This document shows, piece after piece, positions 7,907 to 14,664 of a DNA stretch of 14,664 nt. The notes under the pieces were generated by a model. That model saw only the letters and a program-made list of their open reading frames with translations, was not told the origin of the DNA and did no database searches. A program made the translations under genes and the position numbers. The DNA is from Desulfotalea psychrophila LSv54 (GTDB taxonomy: Bacteria > Desulfobacterota > Desulfobulbia > Desulfobulbales > Desulfocapsaceae), in assembly GCF_000025945.1 (NCBI RefSeq), contig NC_006140.1, forward strand, positions 1 through 14,664, in the 5' to 3' direction. Each line of letters starts with the position of its first letter. Positions within the stretch are counted from its first letter, which is position 1.

Positions 7907-8449
7907 ATGCGATTCAATACCTTGATGGTATGTTTTTTTAGTTCCGTGTGCTTTTTTTTGGTTTTACCGTTCAATGCTTCAGCTGAAGATTTGTTGAATA
8001 TAAGGCAATATACAAACAAAAATAAACCTGAAACATTAGGAGAGTTTACAATAGAAAAAGAAAAAGAGACTAACTTAGCATATATTACGTCAGCCACTAA
8101 TAAGGCTTCTTTTTTACTTTTTGAAAAAGAAATTAAAAGACCATTTGAAATAAAATTTCAAAAATATAGTTTAGAAAATTTTGCAATAAATATTATTTCA
8201 GAAAAAAAAGAAATAAAAATTTCTTATAATCAATGGCTATATGTAAATAAAAAAAGAGTGGAAGATTGTTCCTTAAGAATAGCTAGATGGAATACTTTGA
8301 GAATAAAGGTTAAGGAAGATAAACTTGTATTTTATATTAATGGAGAAAAATCTTACACTTTGCCAAGTGTTGATAATAATATAGTTGAAGAAATTTTATT
8401 TAAATTTGGTGACACCACTAAAATTTCAAAACTGGAAATCAAAAAATAA
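7907..8449 (+). CDS. Secreted/periplasmic hypothetical protein, possibly a beta-sandwich (concanavalin-like) fold
   Basis: 180-aa ORF; N-terminal signal peptide MRFNTLMVCFFSSVCFFLVLPFNASAED; aggagtg RBS; pattern RWNTLRIKVKEDKLVFYINGE typical of LamG/DUF1080-like sandwiches. Confidence 0.6.
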   Translation: MRFNTLMVCFFSSVCFFLVLPFNASAEDLLNIRQYTNKNKPETLGEFTIEKEKETNLAYITSATNKASFLLFEKEIKRPFEIKFQKYSLENFAINIISEKKEIKISYNQWLYVNKKRVEDCSLRIARWNTLRIKVKEDKLVFYINGEKSYTLPSVDNNIVEEILFKFGDTTKISKLEIKK

Positions 8450-8523
8450 CTTTTCTTTTAAGTTTTAACTGAAAGCAAAGTTTATTAATAATAAAAGTAA
8501 GTAATTTTAATTTACTTTTCTTC

Positions 8524-8584
8524 AAAGTCAAGAACCGATTTTTTTAATTCTAAAGAATTAAAAAAATAACGGATTCTGGACTTT
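8524..8584. repeat. 61-bp near-perfect inverted repeat (long hairpin), possible terminator
   Basis: aaagtcaagaaccgatttttttaattc-taaa-gaattaaaaaaataacggattctggacttt. Confidence 0.6.
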
Positions 8585-8633
8585 TTAAAAATTAAATTTT
8601 CAATAACTTACTTTATTATTTAAATTTTTTAAA

Positions 8634-8945
8634 ATGGACATTTGTAAAATAGTTGAAGAGAAATTAAAGGATTATCCACTATATTCTCAAGATTGAAATA
8701 AAAACCCTTTAGTTTGTGCTAAATTGTTTTGATTAGGTACAGGAGCAACCTGGTATATTACAGAATATTCTCCTAAAGAAAAAATAGCTTTCTGATATAC
8801 TGAATGATTAACGGAAAATGGTGATGAATGGGGATATATTAGTTTGGCAGAACTTGCGAGTATAATGTTTTGACCTATCCCAAGAATAGAGGTTGATTTG
8901 TTTTTCAAAGTAAAAGGTTTTTCAGAAATTGTAAAAAGGGAATAA
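8634..8945 (+). CDS. DUF2958-like plasmid protein, full length only if TGA is sense (TGA=Gly proposed)
   Basis: ATG 8634 to TAA 8945, 103 aa: MDICKIVEEKLKDYPLYSQD*NKNPLVCAKLF*LGTGATWYITEYSPKEKIAF*YTE*LTENGDEWGYISLAELASIMF*PIPRIEVDLFFKVKGFSEIVKRE. In-frame TGA at 8694, 8730, 8793, 8805, 8871; no TAA/TAG. Resembles recalled DUF2958 pattern WTWYxTE...FFG(L/Y)VxG(L/F)ExELGYFSLxEL...GLPIERDLYF. Confidence 0.8.
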
Positions 8946-9055
8946 GCCCCTTTTTTTCAGTTCATTTTTACGGGCACGGTTAATTTTGGAGCTATGCTGA
9001 AAGAGTGCTATTATAGTAGAAGCAAGATTGAAAGTTTTACGAAAACATTCATCTT

Positions 9056-9080
9056 GTAAGGGGGGATTCCCCCCCCTTAC
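9056..9080. other. GC-rich hairpin upstream of mobC-like gene, candidate oriT component
   Basis: gtaagggggg-att-ccccccccttac, immediately upstream of the mobilisation genes, in an otherwise very AT-rich region. Confidence 0.4.
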
Positions 9081-9112
9081 CCCCCTTTTAAAAACCATAA
9101 AAAATAAGCCTA

Positions 9113-9481
9113 ATGTCTAGAAAAAAATATTTACAAGAATATCAAAAAGAGTATCGAAAAGAAAAAAAACAAGTAACTTTAACACTTACTTTAACAGAGT
9201 ATAATTATTTTAAAACAATAGCAGATAAAGAAGATATAAAAGTTACAAGTTTAATTAAAGCTATGGCTTTATCTCAACTTGGTAAAACTTTTTATTTCCC
9301 TAAGGAAATCCTAAAAAGGATAGATGAATTTATTTTTATAATTAGAAATATTGCTAATAATCTAAATCAAATAGCAAGGCATTCAAATATTATAAAAAAT
9401 GTTATTAACGAAAACAGTGTACTCTCATTAATAAAAAATCTTGAGACAGAAGTTAAAAGATTCATAAAAAGTAAAATATGA
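9113..9481 (+). CDS. MobC-like relaxosome accessory protein
   Basis: 122-aa ORF; RHH-like VTLTLTLTEYNYFKTIADKEDIKVTSLIKAMAL and C-terminal IRNIANNLNQIARHSN typical of MobC; overlaps the relaxase start by ATGA. Confidence 0.8.
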   Translation: MSRKKYLQEYQKEYRKEKKQVTLTLTLTEYNYFKTIADKEDIKVTSLIKAMALSQLGKTFYFPKEILKRIDEFIFIIRNIANNLNQIARHSNIIKNVINENSVLSLIKNLETEVKRFIKSKI

Positions 9482-10398
9482 TTATAAAATCCTTATCAAG
9501 AAAAAAACCGACTTTTGGGCAGTTGTCTGATTATATTTATAATGAGGCAGATAAAGAATATATTTATACATATAATATGTACTCTGATAAAAATAAATTA
9601 AAAGATATAAAAAAAGAATTTAAAGAAAATTATAGTTTTTTAAAAAAACAAAAAAATTCTAATGCCTTGTACCATGAGATGTTATCTATAAAAAAATCTA
9701 ATATAGAGATTGATTTACAAAAAAAAGCCTTATATGACATTGTTAACGAGTATATAAAAGTAAGGTCGCCAAATTGTTTAGTCTATGGTGGTCTGCATGA
9801 GGCAGAAAATAACCTACATTATCATGTGATTATTAGTTCAAATCAAATTGAAAAAGAAAAGAATAATTATTTATCAAAAAAAGAATTTTCTGAAATTAAA
9901 AAAGGGTTAGAAATGTATGTTCTAAACAAATACCCAGAGTTAAAACAAGAAATAATTATAAATAAAGAGAAAAAGAAAAACACTATATCGGACAAAGAAT
10001 ATCAATTAGGAAAAAGAACAGGTAGGCAAACTAAAAGCGAAAATTTAAAAGAAAGATTAAATAATATTTTCAATAATGCTAAAACAAAAAAAGAATTTTT
10101 TGACGCTCTCTATTGGGAGAAAATAGAAATTCAACTAAAAGGTAAAACAATAAAATTTATTGATGAAAAAACGGGGCTGACTCGTCGTCTAAAAAGACTA
10201 GGGCTAGAAGAAGAATTTTATAAATTAAGTGATAGTTTAGAACAGCAAGAAGCAAAGTACCAGGAGGGGAAGCAAACCCACGAGCAACAGCAAGCTCACG
10301 AGCAACAGCAAGCTCACGAGCAACAAGAACAAACTAAAAATACTGAGTCAGCTGAAGAACTGAAGAAAAACAAAGAAATAAAAGAAAAGAATTTCTAA
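9478..10398 (+). CDS. Relaxase/mobilisation nuclease, MOBP-like
   Basis: 306-aa ORF; MIIKSLSRKKPTFGQLSDYI, YHEMLSI, and HxH-type motif ENNLHYHVIISSN. Confidence 0.85.
   Translation: MIIKSLSRKKPTFGQLSDYIYNEADKEYIYTYNMYSDKNKLKDIKKEFKENYSFLKKQKNSNALYHEMLSIKKSNIEIDLQKKALYDIVNEYIKVRSPNCLVYGGLHEAENNLHYHVIISSNQIEKEKNNYLSKKEFSEIKKGLEMYVLNKYPELKQEIIINKEKKKNTISDKEYQLGKRTGRQTKSENLKERLNNIFNNAKTKKEFFDALYWEKIEIQLKGKTIKFIDEKTGLTRRLKRLGLEEEFYKLSDSLEQQEAKYQEGKQTHEQQQAHEQQQAHEQQEQTKNTESAEELKKNKEIKEKNF
10279..10332 (+). repeat. 18-bp tandem repeat inside the relaxase C-terminus (about 3 copies)
   Basis: cacgagcaacagcaagct x2 then cacgagcaacaagaacaa; encodes HEQQQA-HEQQQA-HEQQEQ. Confidence 0.9.
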
Positions 10399-10458
10399 AA
10401 GAAATGTTAAAAGATAAAAATCACACTAATACAAAAGATTACGAAAAAGGTAAATAAA

Positions 10459-10671
10459 ATGGGTTTTTTAAGTTTTTTAGATTCGTTTATGAGTTTAATT
10501 TCTATCTTAGACAACAAGAACGACGTTTCAGATGATAAAGAAGATACAAATAAGTCTGAAACTAAGCCCGTTAATGAATCAAAAAAAAATGAACTTATAG
10601 CAGAAAGGAAAAGCGAATTTTCTAAAGTAGAAAAAAAAGAAAAAGAAAAAGATAAATCAAGGCAAAGATAA
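10459..10671 (+). CDS. Small hypothetical protein, paralogue A (FLxFxDxFMSxxS N-terminus)
   Basis: 70 aa, MGFLSFLDSFMSLISILDNKND...; positioned in the mob operon. Confidence 0.55.
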   Translation: MGFLSFLDSFMSLISILDNKNDVSDDKEDTNKSETKPVNESKKNELIAERKSEFSKVEKKEKEKDKSRQR

Positions 10672-10682
10672 AAGGGGTTATT

Positions 10683-10988
10683 ATGATAGATTTTTTAGGG
10701 CTTTTTGATGGATTTATGAGTTTTTTTTCTCTCACGAAAGATAGTTCAACCAAAATAGATAATGGCAATAATAGATGTGGAAATTGTAAAAAAAACAATT
10801 ATAAAAAACCCACTTATGAAGCTAAGACAATTGATAAAAAACAAAAAAATGATCTTCTTGAAAAACAAAAAAATGCACGTATCAAAAGAGAGATGGATAT
10901 AGTTAAAAGAAAAGCGGATTTTTACTCTACAAAACAGCCTAATATGACTATAAAAGATAATGTAGTTACATATGATTTTAAAAACTGA
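10683..10988 (+). CDS. Small hypothetical protein, paralogue B, with CGNCKK motif
   Basis: 101 aa, MIDFLGLFDGFMSFFSLTKDS...; preceded by aaaggggttatt; ends TGA GTT TAA. Confidence 0.6.
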   Translation: MIDFLGLFDGFMSFFSLTKDSSTKIDNGNNRCGNCKKNNYKKPTYEAKTIDKKQKNDLLEKQKNARIKREMDIVKRKADFYSTKQPNMTIKDNVVTYDFKN

Positions 10989-10999
10989 GTTTAACAATT

Positions 11000-12466
11000 A
11001 TGTCAAAATTAATAGCGGATACACTAAAAACATTTTTTAATGTTGGGAAATTTATAGCTAAAGGCTATGTATTAAAAAAAGAAGAGGGCGCAAGGTTTGC
11101 AAAAAATAGTGAACAAAATGAAATAATAAATAGCTCAAATAGAGGGTTATTAATTAATGGGATTAATAAAAGATTATCAGAAAAAGAGTCATTTAAGCAT
11201 ATTGCAATTATTGCAAAATCGGGAATAGGTAAAACAACAGGATATATTTATCCTAATATTTTTGATAAAGCAGATTCTAATTGCTCAATGCTTATAACTG
11301 ACCCAAGTAGTGAAATTTATGAAACTACATCACAACATTTAAAAAATAGAGGTTTTAAAATTGTTAGGTTAAACCCTAGTAATATTAATCAGTCGTCAAG
11401 ATTTAATCCATTTCATGGATTAGGTGCGGAAGATATTATTGAAATTGAACAAATTTGTACATCAATAATTAAGTCTAAATATGGAAATGATAAAGAGCAA
11501 GTGTGGAATGATGGGGCGATTTCTTTGCTTGAACTGTTTGCTAAATGTTTAGCTTATACACAACCTGAATACTTAAATCTGCCTAATCTTAATTATTTAA
11601 TTCAAATGTTCGGAGAAAGTGGGGAAAATTTAGATGATTGGGTTATTGAACACTCTATAAACCCCTATGACGAACAGGACAGGTCTATTCTTGATTTTTG
11701 GATAGGTCTTAGGTCTAATAATGCTAATATGTTAACTAGTTACGCAACTATCGTTAAAACAGCGTTAAAACAGTTAAATAATCGGAAGATTCAAAGACTA
11801 TTATCAAATAATGATATTGATTTAGAAGATTTTAGAAAACAAAAAACAGCAATTTTTTTAAGTTTTCCAGATAATCAGCAAGACTATTATCAGTTTTTAG
11901 TTGATATTTTTTATGCTAGGTTTTTTTCTGTTATGATGAGCAAAAAACCCACGCCGAGAGATTTAAACGTGTATTGTTTTTTAGATGAGTTTGGTAATGC
12001 TTACGTGGATAATTTCCCTACAATAGTAACTACTATTAGAAAATACAGAGTTTCTCTGTCTGTTGTACTTCAAGGAATAAGCCAACTTAATAAAAAATAT
12101 GGAGATATGGCGAAAAGCGGAATTTCAAGTTTTATAATTTATGCAGGTGGTGACTATGAAACTTTGAATGAACAAAGCCAGTTAATAGGGAAAAAAAGAA
12201 TAATACAAAGAAATAAATTTGAAGACCATGTGACAAGTTATCAAGATATTGATTTATTGCCTCCTGCAGAATTAAGAACAATGAAAGATAATCAAGCTTT
12301 ATTTTTGTCTAGTAATAAATACCCTTTTATATTTGAATTTCAACCCTTTTATAAAAACAGAAAATTTTTAACTCTTTCTAAAAAAGGGGAGTATATACCA
12401 TTAGAAAAACAAAAAGATATGTGTTGGAATCAATTGTTTTTGAAAAAAAATAATAAAAATAAATGA
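11000..12466 (+). CDS. Type IV coupling protein / VirD4-TraG-like ATPase, apparently lacking an N-terminal transmembrane domain
   Basis: 488-aa ORF; Walker A-like IAKSGIGKTTGYIYPNIF, TDPSSEIYETTSQHLKNRGFKI, Walker B-like VYCFLDEFGN, SLSVVLQGISQLNKKYG. Confidence 0.85.
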   Translation: MSKLIADTLKTFFNVGKFIAKGYVLKKEEGARFAKNSEQNEIINSSNRGLLINGINKRLSEKESFKHIAIIAKSGIGKTTGYIYPNIFDKADSNCSMLITDPSSEIYETTSQHLKNRGFKIVRLNPSNINQSSRFNPFHGLGAEDIIEIEQICTSIIKSKYGNDKEQVWNDGAISLLELFAKCLAYTQPEYLNLPNLNYLIQMFGESGENLDDWVIEHSINPYDEQDRSILDFWIGLRSNNANMLTSYATIVKTALKQLNNRKIQRLLSNNDIDLEDFRKQKTAIFLSFPDNQQDYYQFLVDIFYARFFSVMMSKKPTPRDLNVYCFLDEFGNAYVDNFPTIVTTIRKYRVSLSVVLQGISQLNKKYGDMAKSGISSFIIYAGGDYETLNEQSQLIGKKRIIQRNKFEDHVTSYQDIDLLPPAELRTMKDNQALFLSSNKYPFIFEFQPFYKNRKFLTLSKKGEYIPLEKQKDMCWNQLFLKKNNKNK

Positions 12467-12503
12467 AAAGAAAAAATAAATGAAAAATCAATAGGAACTT
12501 AAT

Positions 12504-13127
12504 ATGGCTTTAAATGTTTTTGATTCTGTTTTGTTGTCCTTTGTATATGCTTTAATAACTTGGGTCTGTTTTTATTCTATTAAAAAATTACACTGGTTAT
12601 TAAAAATAGTTCCTATAATATTTCTAACAAGTGTAATTGGTCATTCTCCAAGTTTTGGCGCTAGGATAATGATAATATCTTTTTTGATTATGGTAGCAAG
12701 AGAACTATATATAAAAAATAATTGTTATTTTTTATATGAAATATTTAGTAACGCAACTGATTTTTTAAAAAATAAAAAAAATAAGAGAAAAGAAGAAGAG
12801 AATTTTAATTCTGAAAGAAAATCAAACAATGAAAACATTAAAGAAGAGTTAAGCCAAGCAAAAGAAAGATTGAAAAAAGTTAGGGAAGAAGCAGACCACC
12901 AAAAAGCAAACCACCAAAAAGCAGCCAGTAAACCCCCAAGAGAAAGATTAAATATTTTTTCAGAACCATTAACTCATGCAGAGTTAAAAAAAGCTTATCG
13001 TCTAGCTTCATTAAAATGCCACCCTGACCATGTGGAACATCTCTCGGAAACCTTAAAAGAAACGGCTAATGAGGAATTTAAAAAACTTAATGAAGCTTAT
13101 AATAAACTTAAAAAAGTAGCCCAGTAA
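12504..13127 (+). CDS. Membrane-anchored J-domain protein
   Basis: 207-aa ORF; hydrophobic N-terminus; C-terminal J-domain TLTHAELKKAYRLASLKCHPDHVE...EEFKKLNEAYNKLKK with HPD. Confidence 0.8.
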   Translation: MALNVFDSVLLSFVYALITWVCFYSIKKLHWLLKIVPIIFLTSVIGHSPSFGARIMIISFLIMVARELYIKNNCYFLYEIFSNATDFLKNKKNKRKEEENFNSERKSNNENIKEELSQAKERLKKVREEADHQKANHQKAASKPPRERLNIFSEPLTHAELKKAYRLASLKCHPDHVEHLSETLKETANEEFKKLNEAYNKLKKVAQ

Positions 13128-13185
13128 GTCTGTGACTTAAAAAACTTTTAAGTCAAAAAGCTATTAAGTCAAAAAATTTTTGACT
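13125..13185. promoter_or_regulatory. Repeated (T)TAAGTC/GACTTA motifs upstream of parA: candidate parS/operator
   Basis: taagtctgtgacttaaaaaacttttaagtcaaaaagctattaagtcaaaaaatttttgactttt. Confidence 0.55.
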
Positions 13186-13240
13186 TTTTAACTCAATGCC
13201 CTATAATATATTTTATAATTTAACATATAAAAGGTTTATT

Positions 13241-13837
13241 ATGAGAACTTTATTTTGGACGTTTAAAGGTGGTCAAGGCAAGACAACCCTTGCTGTTTCC
13301 TATGCTCTTTATTCAGACAGTTATTTTATAACTAACGATACAGAGAGTGGAACTTTAGATATTTACGGGGGCTTGTTTAGTAGTGATAAAATGGAGAGCT
13401 TAGGAAGAGGGGAAGACCTGGTTTTAAGAGAGAGAAATGAAGTTTATGACTTGGGGGGGTGGTCTGATAGTTTGGCTGAAAAAGTAGCTAGTAACTGTGA
13501 GATTTGTGTTATCCCTGTTTCTTTTAATAGTATTAGTGAAATAACACCCTCCATTAAGGCTATAAATTCATTGTCTATCTATAACAAAAGTATTGTTTTA
13601 GTGATAAATAATACAGACAAAAAAGAAGCTGTAGAAGCTAAAAAATACTTTGAAAAAGAATACCCTAAAATAAAAGTATTTATAGTAAATAAATCTAAAT
13701 ATATACATAGACTAGCAAATGAAAATAAAACGGTTTTTGAAATAGCAGAACAAAACGGGCTTACTAGATATAATACTAAGCAACTAAGAAACCAACTTAC
13801 AACCTTATTTGATTATATAAAAAACTATGACAACTAA
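13241..13837 (+). CDS. parA: ParA-like partition ATPase (start reassigned to the internal ATG)
   Basis: MRTLFWTFKGGQGKTTLAVSYALYS (Walker A), DTESGTLDIY, VIPVSFNSIS; start at MRTLF, preceded by aaaaggttt, is better than 13196. Confidence 0.8.
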   Translation: MRTLFWTFKGGQGKTTLAVSYALYSDSYFITNDTESGTLDIYGGLFSSDKMESLGRGEDLVLRERNEVYDLGGWSDSLAEKVASNCEICVIPVSFNSISEITPSIKAINSLSIYNKSIVLVINNTDKKEAVEAKKYFEKEYPKIKVFIVNKSKYIHRLANENKTVFEIAEQNGLTRYNTKQLRNQLTTLFDYIKNYDN

Positions 13838-14069
13838 AAAAAGTACTTTTGACAAACTGGCAAACAAAAGCAAAACTATAGCAAATAGTAATCCAGTAGA
13901 TATACAAAAAAGTGAATTAATAGAAAGTGTCGTTAAAAGAGAGAAGAAAAACAAACAAGTACAATTTTATTTAACAGAAACAGAATATAATAAATTGATT
14001 AACACTATGAAACCTATGGAAAAATTAAGCGATAAAGTAAGGCAAATAGTAATTAAGTCTTTGACTTAA
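13827..14069 (+). CDS. Small ribbon-helix-helix-like partner of ParA (putative centromere-binding protein)
   Basis: 80 aa; KQVQFYLTETEYNKLINTMKP; overlaps parA end (ATGACAACTAA). Confidence 0.65.
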   Translation: MTTKKSTFDKLANKSKTIANSNPVDIQKSELIESVVKREKKNKQVQFYLTETEYNKLINTMKPMEKLSDKVRQIVIKSLT

Positions 14070-14073
14070 TGCC
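14052..14073. repeat. 22-bp near-palindrome matching the terminator arm at 210-231
   Basis: attaagtctttgacttaatgcc compared with attaagtcattgacttaatgcc (1 mismatch). Confidence 0.7.
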
Positions 14074-14087
14074 TTGTATAATTAACG

Positions 14088-14664
14088 TCAAGTTAACCGG
14101 CTGATTTCGTCACTCACCGCTTTTATGTATTTATTGCTTGAGGTCACAAAATCTTCTAGTCCTTTTTTTAGAATCAAAGAGTTAGCCGGTGTGTTTTCAG
14201 AATTTCTATATAAAGTTTCAAATTTGAAATTTTCTTCCAGTAGAAATTTAACCTTTTCAGAGAAATCTTTATCTGAAATATGTTTTGCATAAATTGAAGA
14301 TAAAGATTTTATTTTACTTTGAATTATAAAAAATTCCTGCCCTAAATTTTGCGAAGCTATATATTTGTCAATTTGCTCGCCAGATATTTTTTCTTCAATC
14401 ATGGTGTATATATTAGAATATTTCACGTATATTCTTAAATTCATTTCTATTAGTTGACAGTGCAATTCTTCAAGTTTAAGTATTTTTCGTTCTTTATTGC
14501 TAGCGATTTCGGCTAATTTGTTTTTGTGATCTTCGAGATCTTGTGATAACGATAATTTATGATTTTCAATATCTTTGACAAGAAACTGACCGAGAACTTT
14601 CTTGGCTAAAAAAACTGCTATTGTAATTAATGTAGCAGATCCACTGACTGATAATAGAACAATG
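14088..14664 (-). CDS. Membrane-anchored coiled-coil hypothetical protein; continues across the window end to ATG at 14..12 (about 196 aa)
   Basis: Open frame from the window end: IVLLSVSGSATLITIAVFLAKKVLGQFLVKDIENHKLSLSQDLEDHKNKLAEIASNKERKILKLEELHCQLIEM...; N-terminal TM helix. The ORF track begins only at an internal TTG. Confidence 0.75.
   Translation of the reverse strand, partial: IVLLSVSGSATLITIAVFLAKKVLGQFLVKDIENHKLSLSQDLEDHKNKLAEIASNKERKILKLEELHCQLIEMNLRIYVKYSNIYTMIEEKISGEQIDKYIASQNLGQEFFIIQSKIKSLSSIYAKHISDKDFSEKVKFLLEENFKFETLYRNSENTPANSLILKKGLEDFVTSSNKYIKAVSDEISRLT

Noticed and set aside
7903-8097. 64-aa minus-strand ORF
   Set aside because: Antisense to the signal-peptide-bearing ORF that has a good RBS.
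8687-8908. Minus-strand 73-aa ORF (MKNKSTSILGIGQ...)
   Set aside because: Antisense to the DUF2958-like TGA-containing frame, which has recognisable family features; the antisense ORF has none.
6844-8945. TGA=Trp (code 4) interpretation
   Set aside because: Trp is encoded by TGG in the same genes, and the TGA positions in FE*FIDFLS and F*YTE*L correspond to expected Gly rather than Trp. Still worth testing computationally.
10746-10997. Minus-strand 83-aa ORF
   Set aside because: Antisense to the better supported 10683-10988 ORF; Ile/Phe-rich, typical of AT-rich shadow ORFs.
13196-13240. Upstream ATG start for parA
   Set aside because: Would add MPYNIFYNLTYKRFI ahead of MRTLFWTFKGGQGKTT; ParA proteins normally start just before the Walker A strand, and the internal ATG has an RBS-like aaaaggttt.

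Overview
AT-rich, plasmid-like window. It contains a Rep_3-type replication initiator beside seven ~21-bp iterons, a ParA/ribbon-helix-helix partition pair, and a mobilisation block (MobC-like protein, MOBP-like relaxase, two small paralogues, VirD4-like coupling ATPase, membrane J-domain protein). An accessory segment holds a Schlafen/AlbA_2-type protein and two small hypothetical proteins. Joining base 14664 to base 1 creates a clean ATG plus Shine-Dalgarno for a minus-strand ORF that otherwise runs off the end, so the window is probably a complete circular plasmid of 14,664 bp. The most unusual observation is that two genes missed or broken in the standard-code ORF track become full length if TGA is read as sense: a CHC2/Toprim primase (6844-7737, minus, 5 internal TGA) and a DUF2958-like protein (8634-8945, plus, 5 internal TGA). 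Neither has an internal TAA, TAG or frameshift. Several TGAs sit at positions where I expect conserved glycine (FE*FIDFLS, KK*YEIRN, AF*YTE*L), suggesting TGA=Gly as in genetic code 25 (Absconditabacteria/SR1 and Gracilibacteria). The four ORFs that appear to end in TGA all have an in-frame TAA/TAG within 1-2 further codons. The relaxase, coupling protein and Rep genes contain no internal TGA, so the plasmid looks mosaic in its codon use. Family names are from recalled motifs; no database search was run.
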